From: Octopus sinensis
Lineage: Eukaryota
Assembly: GCF_006345805.1 (NCBI RefSeq)
Contig: NC_043000.1
Span: 68,014,001-68,078,000, forward strand
DNA length: 64,000 nt
Reading direction: 5' to 3'
Every line of letters begins with the position of its first letter. The stretch's first letter is position 1. Below are positions 36,861 to 49,099 of the stretch, piece after piece. The position numbers and the translations under genes are program-made. The notes below the pieces were generated by a model. That model was not told the origin of the DNA, did not search any database, and saw nothing but the letters and a program-made list of their open reading frames with translations.

Positions 36861-37090
36861 AAATCTCTTAAAAATAAAGTATCATCCAATAAAAAATGCA
36901 CGTAGGTCATTCATACTCAGCAACTAATATTTCTATACATTTCTTGTATGAATACAATTTTCCTTAATAAAAAAGATACGATTTATTACATAAATGAGAG
37001 AAAAACTGTATTTGTGAACTGCATTATGATATTGTATTGTTACACTGTATTACAGCGACGGAATGACGAAATTGTTAGTCTTTAAGTAAT

Positions 37091-37648
37091 AACGGTAATA
37101 ACAAATAAGCGAATTTGTTTGAAAAGAGAACTTATTTCTTTATTGCCTACAAAGGGCTAAACATAGAGGGGGACAAGCAAGGCGAGACAATGGAATTAAG
37201 TCGATTACATAGTTCCGGGTTCAGTCCCACTGCGTGGTACCTTGGGCAAATGGCTTCTACCATAGCCTCGGGTAAACCAAAGCCTTGTGAGTAGATTTGG
37301 TAGAGGGAAATTGAAAGACGCCCGTCGTATATATGTATATATAAGTATATATATTTATGTGTGTCTTTGTTCCCTCATCACCCCTTGACAACCGGTGTTG
37401 GTGTGTTTACGTCCCCGCAACTTAGCGGTTCGGCAAAAGAAATTGCATCTATAGGCAATTTATGTTGAATTGACTCTTGAGCATAGAGTGAAACAGCTGT
37501 AAGGAGCAGTTTATTTGTATTATTTTATTTTTTATTATATTACATATTGATGTATATTGTTTTGATGTTCCCATTTGCATAATTAATAAATAATGTGAAA
37601 TTGTAATATCCGTAAGTTGATAATCGAAATGAATTTGTTTCTCCATTT

Positions 37649-37735
<87 letters not shown>

Positions 37736-38371
37736 TATACATATATATTATGATTGAACGCCACGCATCCTCTTCCAAGTAAGTTTTATCTTAATTTTGA
37801 TACGCACTCTATACGATCTTTTTACTCTTTCATTTTTCTCTCTTTCTTTCTCTTATTCTTTTACCTCAACTTCTTCCACTATTCTATCCTATTACTCTGT
37901 CGCTCTCTCTCCCTTACTCTTCCTCCCTTCTTCACGTGGCTCTCATGTGGCCATCGACCATCTTTCTTTCTTCTAACTTGTGTTTCTTTCTTTCTCTCCG
38001 TTGGAGCTGGAACAAGGAAGACGTGTTCTTGTCTGTCTCCTGTCCAAGCTTTATTTACGCGTTCGTCACCACAGCTTCGTTTAGACTTAGCAGCCCTTCC
38101 TGTTTGTTTTCACTGTTCTATTTATGTTACCAATTTTGCCCTCCGCAAAATCCCAAATTTCATTTAATTTGCTTTGCGGGAGCAACTGTTTTATCGAAAG
38201 CGTATATTGTTGTTAAATGCTCGAAATACGAGAGTAGAAAAACAGCGAGCAACAGATGTTGTTTGTCTTGTTTTCCATTTATGTCTTTCGTTATTCGAAA
38301 AAATAGCTCATATTCCATGTACTCGTACTTCGTATTTTTTGTTGTACACGTTTCGTGACGTCCTGTCCTCC

Positions 38372-38417
<46 letters not shown>

Positions 38418-38620
38418 CACGTATAGATGTATGTACATATACGTATTATAATATTTGCTAATAAATTTGAAATCTAAGTATGACCGTAAAAAAATAACAA
38501 GGTAAAAGTTTTTATTTTTCATTCCCTTCGAAATTGCTCTTAAATGTGGTTTTGGTCGTTTTGACTGCTTCTTCTAGCGCGTGAAGCTGCCTGTTGAAGG
38601 CAGCTTCTCTTGTGTTTAAA
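37091..38620 (+). repeat. Composite local duplication of 35506-35627 and 40861-42267
   Basis: 37091-37210 matches 35506-35627. 37205-37440 matches 40861-41098. 37750-38620 matches 41400-42267 with a few percent substitutions. Confidence 0.9.
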
Positions 38621-38627
38621 GTGTGTT

Positions 38628-38750
38628 GAGGTCAACTTTGCCTTTCATCCTTTCGGGGTCGATAAAATAAGTACCAGCTGAGCACTGGGGTCGATGTAAT
38701 TGATTTACCCCCTCCCCCCGGACATGTGCCAAAATTTGAAACCATTATTA
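38628..38750 (+). mobile_element. Family-A SINE 3' half (decayed copies also at ~38940-39115 plus and ~39470-39632 minus)
   Basis: GAGGTCAACTTTGCCTTTCATCCTTTCGGGGTCGATAAAATAAGTACCAG. Confidence 0.88.
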
Positions 38751-39634
38751 CATTGTATTATAGACTGAGAGTGTGTACCGCCCGGGGATGACCTTGAATG
38801 TGCCGCGCCCTGCCCCTCGGGTCCTTAAGCTTATACAGCAGAAATAAAAGTACCGCTTCCATAAAAGCGTCGCCGAGGTGGGTCGCACTTGATTTCCAGC
38901 CCTACACACACTAGCTACACTACCGATTATAGGAAGTATAGCGAGATGGATTGGCAGAATGTTAGTGTCGGATAAAGCATCGCAGCAAAAATTCCGGCTC
39001 TTTACGCCTTGAATTCAAATGAAGCCGAGGTTAATTTTATTTTTCATCCTTTTGGGGATCAATAAAACAATATATCAACTATCTCCCTCCCTCAAATAAA
39101 TGTTGACCTAGCATCATTTAATAAACCATTATTATATATACCGCATTATTTATACTGGTATATTATGTCAAGGACATCCGTCCGTCTAGTTTTACAGTTG
39201 CTACACGCTTTGTATAAGATGAAATCTACACAAAAACACACACGCAAGCAGTTTTATCGTCAACCTATCAAGTGTGATGAATGTGGCATAGACATTGATT
39301 ATAAAGAATAAATGTTCATGGTGGTCAGATTGCTACTTTTGCATCAGTTCCTCCAAATCGCAGTCGATATTGGGTGCATTCTTTAACCCCCACCCAAGGA
39401 AAAAAAAAACACTCAGCGCCAAATCCTTCAGGTAGAGAAGTGAATGTTAATGATTTCTTTTTGTCGGAGACACAAAGGTCTAAAATCTTCTGGTGGGAGG
39501 GAGTCTTATCCATTACATCATCCCCGGTGTTCAACTGATACTTATTTTATCGACCCAGAAAATATGAAAGTAAAGTCGACTTCAGCAGAATTTAAACTCA
39601 AACGCAAAGCCGAAAGAAATGCCGCTTAACATTT

Positions 39635-39925
39635 TGTTCAACAAGAACAACTATGTTGACATTAGCAGTCAGGATATCGCACCTGCATCCACTAAAATAT
39701 TTATAGAGCCCGGTTCTTCTAAATCTGAAAATATTCCAAATGACGAAAATGCCAATGAAGTAAATGTGAATGTGACCTATGAATCTCTACTGCCTCTTCA
39801 GAACAATGGCACTGGAATTAGACCAAATCAGCAAATTCTGACGCAATATAAACCAAAGAAATTTGATAGGGAGTCAGAGGTTTCAAAACTCAATGGTTTA
39901 AATTTCAGTATTGTTTTAGCTACGA
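39635..39925 (+). pseudogene. Possible hAT (TTF-type zinc finger, ZMYM1-like) transposase N-terminal fragment
   Basis: ...GIRPNQQILTQYKPKKFDRE then, after a 1-bp shift, RGFKTQWFK, resembling the P-x-Q-P...R-x-F...W-F start of TTF-type hAT transposases. Confidence 0.4.
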
Positions 39926-40090
39926 CACTGACAAATGTCAAACTTCGAATTTACCCCAGTACCAGATACACTTCGATAAACAGAAAGTGCAAGTTACATA
40001 CAAGCATCGCCCTTTTTTATTCGATTTACGTTTATCCACCCGTCCCGTTATATTTTAGATACACTGATTAACACAAACATAAAAAATGTA

Positions 40091-40487
40091 CAGTTCTATA
40101 TTTAAGAGATGAGGAATTATGTACATTATTTTCATTATTTACATTCGACGGATATTTGTCCTCATCTTGTTTGTTGTTAACACAACGTTTCGGCTGATAT
40201 AGCTTCCAGCCTTCTTCAGGTGCCTTGGGGAAATTTCGTAGTGATTAAGAGCGCGGGCTACTAACCCCAAGATTCCGAGTTCGATTCCAAGCACTGACCT
40301 TAATAATAATGATAATATTAATAATAATAATAACAACAACAACAACATCGAAAAATACCTTAGGAATGAGAACCCAGGTTCGAAATTTCCCCAAGGTACC
40401 TGAAGAAGGCTGGAGGCTATATCAGCCGAAACGTTGTGTTAACAACAAACAAGATGAGGACAAATATCCGTCGAATGTAAATAATGT
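40091..40487 (+). mobile_element. tRNA-headed SINE with Penelope-type tail and a 5' inverted copy of that tail
   Basis: 12-bp TSD ATAAAAAATGTA (40079-40090 and 40488-40499). Arms ~40130-40238 and 40380-40487 are near-perfect reverse complements. tRNA-like head at 40237-40299 with B box GAGTTCGATTCC. Confidence 0.8.
40395..40440 (+). ncRNA. Minimal type-I hammerhead ribozyme-like motif (mirror copy at 40179-40224, minus)
   Basis: GGTAC-CTGAAGA-A-GGCTG(loop)CAGCC-GAAAC-GTT-GTGTT: stem I, core, stem II, palindromic stem III AACGTT, NUH = GUU. One extra A after the core. Confidence 0.55.
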
Positions 40488-40674
40488 ATAAAAAATGTAG
40501 ACACTAACACACATATACGACGAGTTCCTGCATAGTTTCTGTTGAACAAATTCCACTCTTGATCAAATGGCAGGAAAACAAACTTTGAGATTTAGTATAA
40601 TATATATACATTTAGTATAACATGCACACACACAAACACACACACACACACACACACACATGTATATGAATGCA

Positions 40675-41232
40675 TGAGCGTGATAAGACGTTTGTTTCCC
40701 AATTACATGGTCCTGGTTCCCATTGTATGGTACCTGGGAAAGTATCTTTTAATATAGCCCCCGGCCGACCAAAGCATTATGAGTGGATTTGGTAGACGGA
40801 AACTGAAAGAAGCTCGTCGTATGCACATGGCGTGGCTGTGTTAAGAAGCTTGCTTCCCAATTACATAGTTCCGGGTTCAGTCCCACTGCGTTGTACCTTG
40901 GGCAAATTGCTTCTACCATAGCCTCGGGTAAACCAAAGCCTTGTGAGTAGATTTGGTAGAGGGAAATTGAAAGACGCCCGTCGTATATATGTATATATAA
41001 GTATATATATTTATTTGTGAGTCTTTGTTCCCCCATCACCCCTTGACATCCGGTGTTGGTGTGTTTACGTCCCTGCAACTTAGCGGTTCGGCAAAAGACA
41101 CCGATAGAATAAGTACTAGGTTTAAGAAATAAATGCTGGGGTCGATTTGTTGGACTAAAACCCATCAAGATGGGGCTCCAGCATGCCCACAGTCAAATGA
41201 ATGAAACAAATAAGCGAATAAAGAGTAAAAGA
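40675..41232 (+). mobile_element. Two adjacent family-D SINEs (5' half 40675-40825; near-full 40828-41232)
   Basis: Repeated head and CORE-like blocks, one complete tail ..ATGAAACAAATAAG. Confidence 0.85.
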
Positions 41233-41235
41233 ATG

Positions 41236-41252
41236 CGTATATATATATATAC

Positions 41253-41337
<85 letters not shown>

Positions 41338-41340
41338 ATG

Positions 41341-41372
<32 letters not shown>

Positions 41373-41400
41373 ATATACATATATATATATACATATATTA
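41236..41400. repeat. (TA)n/(TACA)n microsatellite (paralogous tract at 37652-37750)
   Basis: Direct reading. Confidence 0.9.
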
Positions 41401-42274
41401 TGATTGAACGCGACGCATCCTCTTCCAAGTAAGTTTTATCTTAATTCTCATGCGCACTTTATACGATCTTTTTACTCTTTCGTTTTTCTCTCTTTCTCTC
41501 TCTTATTCTTTTACCTTAACTTCTTCCACTATTCTATCCTATTACTCTGTCACTCTCTCTCCCTTACTCCTCCTCCCTTTTTCACATGGCTCCCAATGAC
41601 CATCGACCATTTTTCTTTCTTCTAACTTGTGTTTCTTTCTTTCTCTCCGTTATAGCTGGAATAAGGAAGACGTGTTCTTGTCTGTCTCCTGTCCAAGCTT
41701 TATTTACGCGTTCGCCACCACAGCTTCGTTTAGACTTAGCAGCCCTTCCTGTTTGTTTTCACTGTTCTATTTATGTTACCAATTTTGCCCTCCGCAAAAT
41801 CCCAAATTTTATTTAATTTGCTTTGCGGGAGCAACTGTTTTATCGAAAGCGTATATTGTTGTTAAATGCTCGAAATACGAGAGTAGAAAACAGCGAGCAA
41901 CTGATGAAAGGTCGTTCTTTATGTTGTTTGTCTTGTTTTCCATTTGTGTCTTTCATTGTTCGAAAAAATAGTTAATATTCCATGTACTCGTACTTCGTAT
42001 TTTTTGTTGTACACGTTTCGTGACGTCCTGTGCCCCCCCCCTATATATATATATATATTATACACGTATAGATGTATGTACATATACGTATTATTTTATT
42101 TGTTAAATAAAATTTGAAATCTAAGTATGACCGTAAAAAAATAACAAGGTAAAAGTTTTTATTTTTCACCCCCTTCGAAATTGCTCTTAAATGGGGTTTT
42201 GGTCGTTTTGACTGCTTCTTCTACCGTGCAAAGCTGCCTGTTGGCGGCATCTTCTCTAGTGTTTAAATGTACAC

Positions 42275-42349
<75 letters not shown>

Positions 42350-43599
42350 GTCTCTCTCTCTCACAGCCGGGTCGACGAACTTCCTTTCGCTGGCGGCCTT
42401 CTTCAAGTAAACATGTTTCTTCCTGCGCTCGTGAAAAAATTTTTTCCTCGTCTAGGCTTATAGGCCCTCATTATTTGTTTTCCTGTCCTGTTTCTAATCC
42501 TTCTTGTACTGTATTTTTTGTAATTGTATTTTTATTTTGTATTTGTTTTTAATTGTTTTGTTTTTACGTCCTGTTTTTGTCATATTTTTTTCCATGTTTT
42601 TACCCCTCTGCATAGGAATTTTATTTAATTCTTTTGCTGGAAGGATTAGTTCGACGAGACGTGTTCTGTCCTCACCTTCGAAACACGCTGGAGTTGAACT
42701 AGGGACAGCTGATGAAGGGGATTTTTCCTTGTGTAGTTGTCTTGTACTCTGTTTTTTCGTTGTTAAAAAAATGGTCCGTTCCATGCTGTTTTTACTTTTT
42801 CGTTTCTCGTTGAGTTCTACGTCTATTTGTGGTGTCATGTACACACGTATATATATATTTATATATGCATGTATATATACATGTAGATGTAGGAACGTAC
42901 ATATATGTTTGTATGTATGCATATATTTTATTTATTACACTATTGTATGACTGAGCGCCCTCGCGTCGATTCGATTCGTTTCGTTTCGTTTCTTCTTCTT
43001 CTCTAAGCTGGTTTATATATATATATATATATAGGTAAAATCTGGCAGTACTCAGGGTACAGAACCACCTCATCAGTAAATGTCATTTATTTTCAGACAT
43101 AATGTAACTAGGAATACATTATCCAACGTGTCCTCTCAATTTTTATGTAATTTGAGAAATATAGATTTTTATGTGCTGTTTTTAGCAAGTCAATCGACCA
43201 CGAAGAGCAGGCTCATTCTTTACTCTTCCAGCTTAGCGCAGTTTTATTCATTACAGCAACTTGGGGATTATTACTATAATTGTTACCGATTTCAAGTAGT
43301 GTGGTTTTTAAAATTTGTATAATAAAGTGGATTAGAATTAAGTTTTAAATCTCTCTTATGCAACTTCTGCTCTCTCTCTCTCTCCATCCCTCTCTCTCTT
43401 TCTCTATCCCTCTGTGAATGTTGTGTGTATGTGTATACACAGCATTATCTATGTAATGGGTGGGATTTGAAATAAAATTTAGATAAAGGATACGTCACAA
43501 CACTTATATGATTTAAGAGTTGTATCTTTACCTTCCCCTCACACACCCATTTTGAACTCCCAACTCCATCCAATTAAACATTTTATTTTTTTCAACTGA

Positions 43600-43787
43600 A
43601 ACTTGTGGGGTGAAGGCTAGTCGATTACATCGACCCCAATGCTCAACTGGTACTTATTTTATCGACCCCGAAATGATGAAAGTTAAAACCGACCTTGGCG
43701 GAATTTAAATTCAGAACATAAAGCCGAACGAAATGCCGCTAACGATTTTATCCGGCGTGCTAACGATCCTGCCAGCGCGCTGCCTTA
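43600..43787 (-). mobile_element. Family-A SINE
   Basis: GTCGATTACATCGACCCCAATGCTCAACTGGTACTTATTTTATCGACCCCGAAA...GCCAGCGCGCTGCC. Confidence 0.9.
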
Positions 43788-44035
43788 ACTAATTAAACAT
43801 TAAGTATTGCTAAAAAATAACAGAATAAAACAAAATAATCTATAAGGTGTTGTTTTGTTTAACATCGGGCTAACTTCCCCCATTTACGTCAGCTATCAAT
43901 TCGGTTGCAAACAAAGTTATGTCAGGAGTAAAGGATATCAACTTAGGCATTTGTGGTACAGTGAACAATATATATATATATAATATATATATATATATAA
44001 TATATATATATATATATTATATATATATATATATA

Positions 44036-44601
44036 TTGGGTTGTTCGGATAGTTCGTGCCGATTTTTAAAGGAAAGAAAAAGGTCAATAAATACTTGCCA
44101 TTACATTTTTAATCAACCAAATATGAACCATTTTGTTGCACAATGCGTCTCCATCTTTCCTTTAAATTGAAAATACCCTCTTCCCAGAATTGAGGGGGTT
44201 TCATGGCAAAGAATTCATCAAGCTATCTTTTTACGTCATCCAAGGAATTGAAATTTTTACCATTAAGATTATTCTACAGAGACCTGAATAAGTGGAAATC
44301 CGAAGGAGCAATATCTGGTGAATATGGAGGGTGGAGTAACACATCCCAGCCGAGCTGCAGCAATTTTTGTCTGGTTCCCAAAGCATCAAGTGCCGAAAAT
44401 GAACTTCCTTATCTTCCATTTTAAAGGGTTACAGAATTAACACAGGTTATAGGAACATAAACCTTCTTCCACGAAAGGATAGCTTAAACTGTGCTCTAAA
44501 TGGAGAAGTAGTCAAATCCTATTTTATGGATTCAACCATGTTCTAAAATAAGTCGAAAGGTAAGCTACTATAAATCGGCACGAACTTTCCGAACAACCCA
44601 A
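44036..44601 (-). mobile_element. Internally deleted mariner (lineage 3), 566 bp
   Basis: ~30-bp TIRs TTGGGTTGTTCGGA(T/A)AGTTCGTGCCGATTT with TA flanks. Transposase start MEDKEVHFRH fused to the C-terminal part (GWDVLLHPPYSPDIAPSDFHLFRSL...RWRRIVQQNGSY). Confidence 0.9.
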
Positions 44602-45290
44602 TATATATATATGTAGTTATTTTGGGGTTGTTTGTTTGTGCGTGTGTGTTTTGTCTTTCAACACGAAGACAACGCAACACAGACTTTAAAAAAAGAATTT
44701 CTCTTTGAACGCTTAATGAAGGTACGAGCATGATTAGTATATATTTTCAAACTCCAAACTCCTCGATGAACCAAGAACAGCAATAATATCTTAATACTTA
44801 CTAGACTGAAGGCTGCTGCAACTGATTGACGATGTACTCCTGTCTAGCCGCGTGCCATAATATTGCCAACCAGATATCAACAGAAACATGGCGATTATAT
44901 AAATAAGAAGGATTATCCAATATTCCATTGTACACTGTAACAGAGAAAGAAAAAATACATTTAAAACCAACAAATATTATTTTAAGTGAGTCCTTGTGGC
45001 TAATCATAGAATAAATTATTATTATTATAGTTGACGTCATAAGAAGTTAGAAACTTCTAGAACGTTTTAAATTCTGACCTCAACAAAAGCAATTGTCGCT
45101 GTTAAGAATTGTTTCTGAATGAATAGAGAAATTCGAAGGATTGCTTTGGTTCAGTAGTAAAACCCCTATAATGAGCAGCCTTCGACTTTTCTATCCCAAA
45201 GATTTTTAACACAATATTTAGACACTATTATTTATAGCTTTATCTGCTTCGAGTTTCACCGTTTCTTAACAGAATTATTATTCTTATTTA

Positions 45291-45510
45291 GGCGGCAGCG
45301 AGCTGACTGAATCATTAGCACGTCGGATAAAATGATTTGTGGTATTTCTTCCGGCTTTTTGTATTCTGAATGCAGGTCTCACCGAGATTGACGTTGCCTT
45401 TCTTCCTTCCAGGGTCGATGAAATAAAATACTAGCCTAGCACTGACGTTGATGATATCAACTAACTACCTCCTCCCAAAATATCTAGTCTTGTGCCTAAT
45501 TAGAAACAAT
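45291..45510 (+). mobile_element. Decayed family-A SINE
   Basis: GCAGCGAGCTGACTGAATCATTAGCACG...TTGCCTTTCTTCCTTCCAGGGTCGATGAAAT. Confidence 0.8.
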
Positions 45511-45877
45511 TCGTTGCTATTATGCAAAAGTGTCGTAAGTCCAAAACGTTGCTTTTTAAGAAAGCGACAAAATAGCTTCACCATTCCATAGCAAAACCGT
45601 TGCACTACACTTTAGATATCTTGGCGTCTGAAGCAGCTGGAGATACGATAGTTTGACCAAAAGAACTGGCTATTGCAAGCAAAAATAAATATTGAAAAAA
45701 AAAACGCATTTGGCCAAATTTAGACATACGACAGTTTAACATAATAGCAACGAATTGTATATTTCCATTATGTACAAGTTTTGCGTCAGATAATGAGTGA
45801 ACTAAAATATATATTTAATTACTTTAACTGTTATGTATGTATATGTGTGTGCGTCCGCGCGCGCGTGTGGATAGATA

Positions 45878-46340
45878 GGCGCAGGCATGCCTGTGTAGTT
45901 ATGAAGCTCGGGCTTCGCAACTATGTGGTTTCAGGTTCAGTCCCACTGCGCGGCTCAACAATTCAGCAAAAGAACCAATAGAATAACTACGAGACTTAAA
46001 AGAAGATAAATACTGGGGTCAATTTTATCGACTAAACCAGTGGTTCTCAATCGGGGTCCATATTAGGGTTTTGCTGCTAAAAAATGCGTAATGAATCAGC
46101 TATATCCCTTCAATACACAAATTTTTTTATACAATTTCCAATAAATAAATAAAAATACAATTTATAATAATATTTAATGATAAATGTTTTTTTTTTAATA
46201 TTGAATGAGTCCAGTAGAGTAAAGTGGGAATCGAAGGGGGTCCATAGGTAAAAAATGGTTGAGAAACACTGAACTAAACCCTTCAAGGCGGTACTTCAGT
46301 ATGGCTGCAGTCCAATGACTGAAACAAGTAAAAGGTAAAT
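45878..46340 (+). mobile_element. Family-D SINE (internally deleted) split by a hAT MITE
   Basis: Head GGCGCAGGCATGCCTGTGT; tail resumes CCTTCAAGGCGG..GACTGAAACAAGTAAAAG after the MITE. Confidence 0.85.
46038..46271 (+). mobile_element. hAT/Charlie-type MITE (234 bp)
   Basis: TIRs CAGTG(G/T)TTCTCAA, 12/13 identical. 8-bp TSD GACTAAAC/AACTAAAC. Confidence 0.88.
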
Positions 46341-46527
46341 GATAGTTTAACGTAATCCTCTGGCTTTTTTTTTTAAAGCAAAACTTGTGATTTTTGCTGT
46401 GACTATATTTCCACAATTTTATCATCTTCAAAATAAAATATAAAATAAAATCAACTTCGCCAAGATTTGTAGAACTTTAAATAGTCAAATTGCAATAAAT
46501 CTGTCACGGTGAAGATTCGTTAATATA

Positions 46528-47709
46528 TTGGGTCAACCCATAAATAATGGTTTTTTTTCACGGGATAACTACCTGCCTCAACTTGCTATAAAAGTAGGTA
46601 GTAATTTTCCTTTTTACTTATTCCTGGTGCAAGTTTTGAAGAGTGCAGTTCGATTTTAACAGTTATTTTTTCAAAGCTACTGGAAGTGATAAAAGATCAC
46701 ATTCGGCATATTTTGCTTTATGAGTTTAATAAAGGCAACAACGCAACGGAAAGTGCGAGGAATATTAATGCAGTATATGGGGATCGGACAATAAGCGTAA
46801 GCCAGTGTCAACTATGGTTTCAGAAATTCCGAGCCGGAAGCTACAGCCTAGATGATGACCCTCATTCTAGAAGATCTGTACAGCTCGACGAGGACATCCT
46901 GCAAACTCTGGTGGAATAAAATCCCATCATAACTGTTGAAGAACTAGCAGAGAAACTTGGATTTGGTCATTCAACCATTCATCGACACCTGTGTGCCATC
47001 GGAATAGTCAGCAAATTAGGTCAATGGGTTCTTCACAAACTTCCCGAGTCTAATCGTGCGCAGAGAGTGAATGTGTGCTCTTCTTCGCTGTCACGTCTCA
47101 CGAATGAACCTTTTTTGGACCGAATAGTGACTGATGACGAGAAATGGGTTCTCTATAAAAGTGTCAAGAGCCGAAGACAGTGGGTAGGAAAAGCAGAAAC
47201 ACCGACACCTCAGGCTAAGAAAGGTCGTCACCACGTGAGGTGTTGTTTTCTGTTTGGCGGGATATGAAACGTTTAGTCAGCACTAGAAGAAAAACAACCA
47301 TCTTAGATTTCAAGACGAAAGGTGTTCTTCCATCAGGATAATGCTCAGCAACATACAGCGAGGATGACATTCCAAAGGCTGGAGCAGTTTGAATGGGAAA
47401 CGATGCCCCACCCACCATATTCGCCGGACATTGCCCCATCTGATTATCATTTATTCCGCAGTATTGAAAAACATTTGAACGGAAAAAATATGAATACTGT
47501 AGACGAGGTCAGAACAGTACTGGAGGAATATTTTTTGTCATGAACAAGAGAATATTGGAAGAGGAGAATTGCAAGATTACCACATAGATGGAAGAGCATT
47601 GTAGAAAATGAAGGTGAGTATATTTCAGATTAAAAAAGAACTTCCTTTATCTTAATTTTGAAGAAATGAAAGAAGTATAAAAAACCGCACTATTTATGGG
47701 ATGACCCAA
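46528..47709 (+). mobile_element. Degenerate mariner (lineage 2, same family as 10678-11921)
   Basis: TIRs TTGGGTCA(A/T)CCCATAAATA(A/G)TG with TA flanks; TDDEKW; HQDN...YSPDIAPSDYHLF (D34D). Stop at ~46917 and a ~70-bp internal deletion at ~47278. Confidence 0.94.
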
Positions 47710-47718
47710 TATAACTCT

Positions 47719-47953
47719 AGGCGTGGATGTGTAGTAAAAAGTTTGCTTCCCAACCACATGGTTCCGGGTTCATTCTCTACTATACCCTCGGTCCTTGTAA
47801 GTGGATTTGGTAGACGAAAACTGAAAGAATCCTATCGTGTGTGTGTGTGTGTTTGTCCCCCACCACTGCTTGATAACCGGTGTTGGTGTGTTTACGCATC
47901 CGTAACTTAGCGATTCGGCAAAAGAGACCGATAGAATAAGTACCAGACTTAAC
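47719..47953 (+). mobile_element. Family-D SINE, deleted
   Basis: GGCGTGGATGTGTAG...CCAACCACATGGTTCCGGGTTCA...GAGACCGATAGAATAAGTACC. Confidence 0.85.
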
Positions 47954-49099
47954 CAAACAACAACAACAACAAAATGTTTATCTTGCTAATAGTAATAATA
48001 ATTTCTAAATTAAGTATAAAGCCTTAAATTGTAAATGAGTACAGCCAATTATATTGGTCCCAGTATTTAGAGGCAGTGGATTAATAACAGACTCCCGACT
48101 AGCCGAGCCAATAAGCCTATTACGACTCGCGGATGATACACTTTCATAACATATATGCCGCTAACATCGTTGAATCAAGGATAAAAGTCACACAGTTTTA
48201 TCTACCCTCTCTTACATATTCCTATCTAAGACAGACAGACAAATGTTGGCGACAACAAGCCGACTATTACATAGAAGAGGTGAGCATTAAGAAAATCAAG
48301 CCTGCAATGCAGTTTCCATCCCGATATGGCGATTCCTGTTACATAAGCCAGACCATGCTGTTATAAAAATCAAAGCTACATAATTGAAAAGGAGTACATG
48401 TACCATTTTTCAAGATATCATATAAATAAAAGATACATATAAAAATCAAATTTATTTTCACATTCATTTTATATCGTATGCATTCATTGCCTGCCTTACA
48501 TTCATAAAGAAAATACCATTGATAAATACCAAAACCATTTTCATTTACGTCTCTAATACCCACAAGTCGTGATCATTATACAGTTTCATTTTTTCTTATC
48601 CTGAGACCTTTTGACTACGCAATAAATCAATATTAGGCGATAATCTGTCTTTCGTATAAAACTCACGAGCGGGGGTTTGTAGAAATAATACCTTTTACCT
48701 AATAGCTTAGTCAGAGGTAAAGATGCAGGGCCAATGACTCTTTTCAGGGCTTCTAAGTTATTCTCAGAGCAGATGCCTGACTAGAATACTTGCAACAGCG
48801 TGAACATCGTTAAAGGCACCCAAGTGGTGAGACGTTCACTACTCAAACTTGTATTAAATGATCAAGAGTCAACAAGAGCACTTCTACATGATCACTCGAC
48901 CTGTTAGAGATAGCATCCAACTCTCATCCAAATCACACTATACCGTCTTTTATATGGAGAGGTCTCTTGGATTATAGTTGACCTGGGACTAAACAACATA
49001 TATTTTCTCAAGTGTAACTTGATCGACTAGAAATTTCAATAAACCGTAAACATTGTTAAATTTCAAATGCTTAAGCAGAGAAAATAATATTGATTTCTA

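Noticed and set aside
37754-38358. Duplicated protein-coding gene (ORFs of 114-140 aa repeated at 41404-41971)
   Set aside because: The ORFs are open in several frames because of pyrimidine-rich low complexity, the frames are not conserved between the two copies, and no domain is recognisable.
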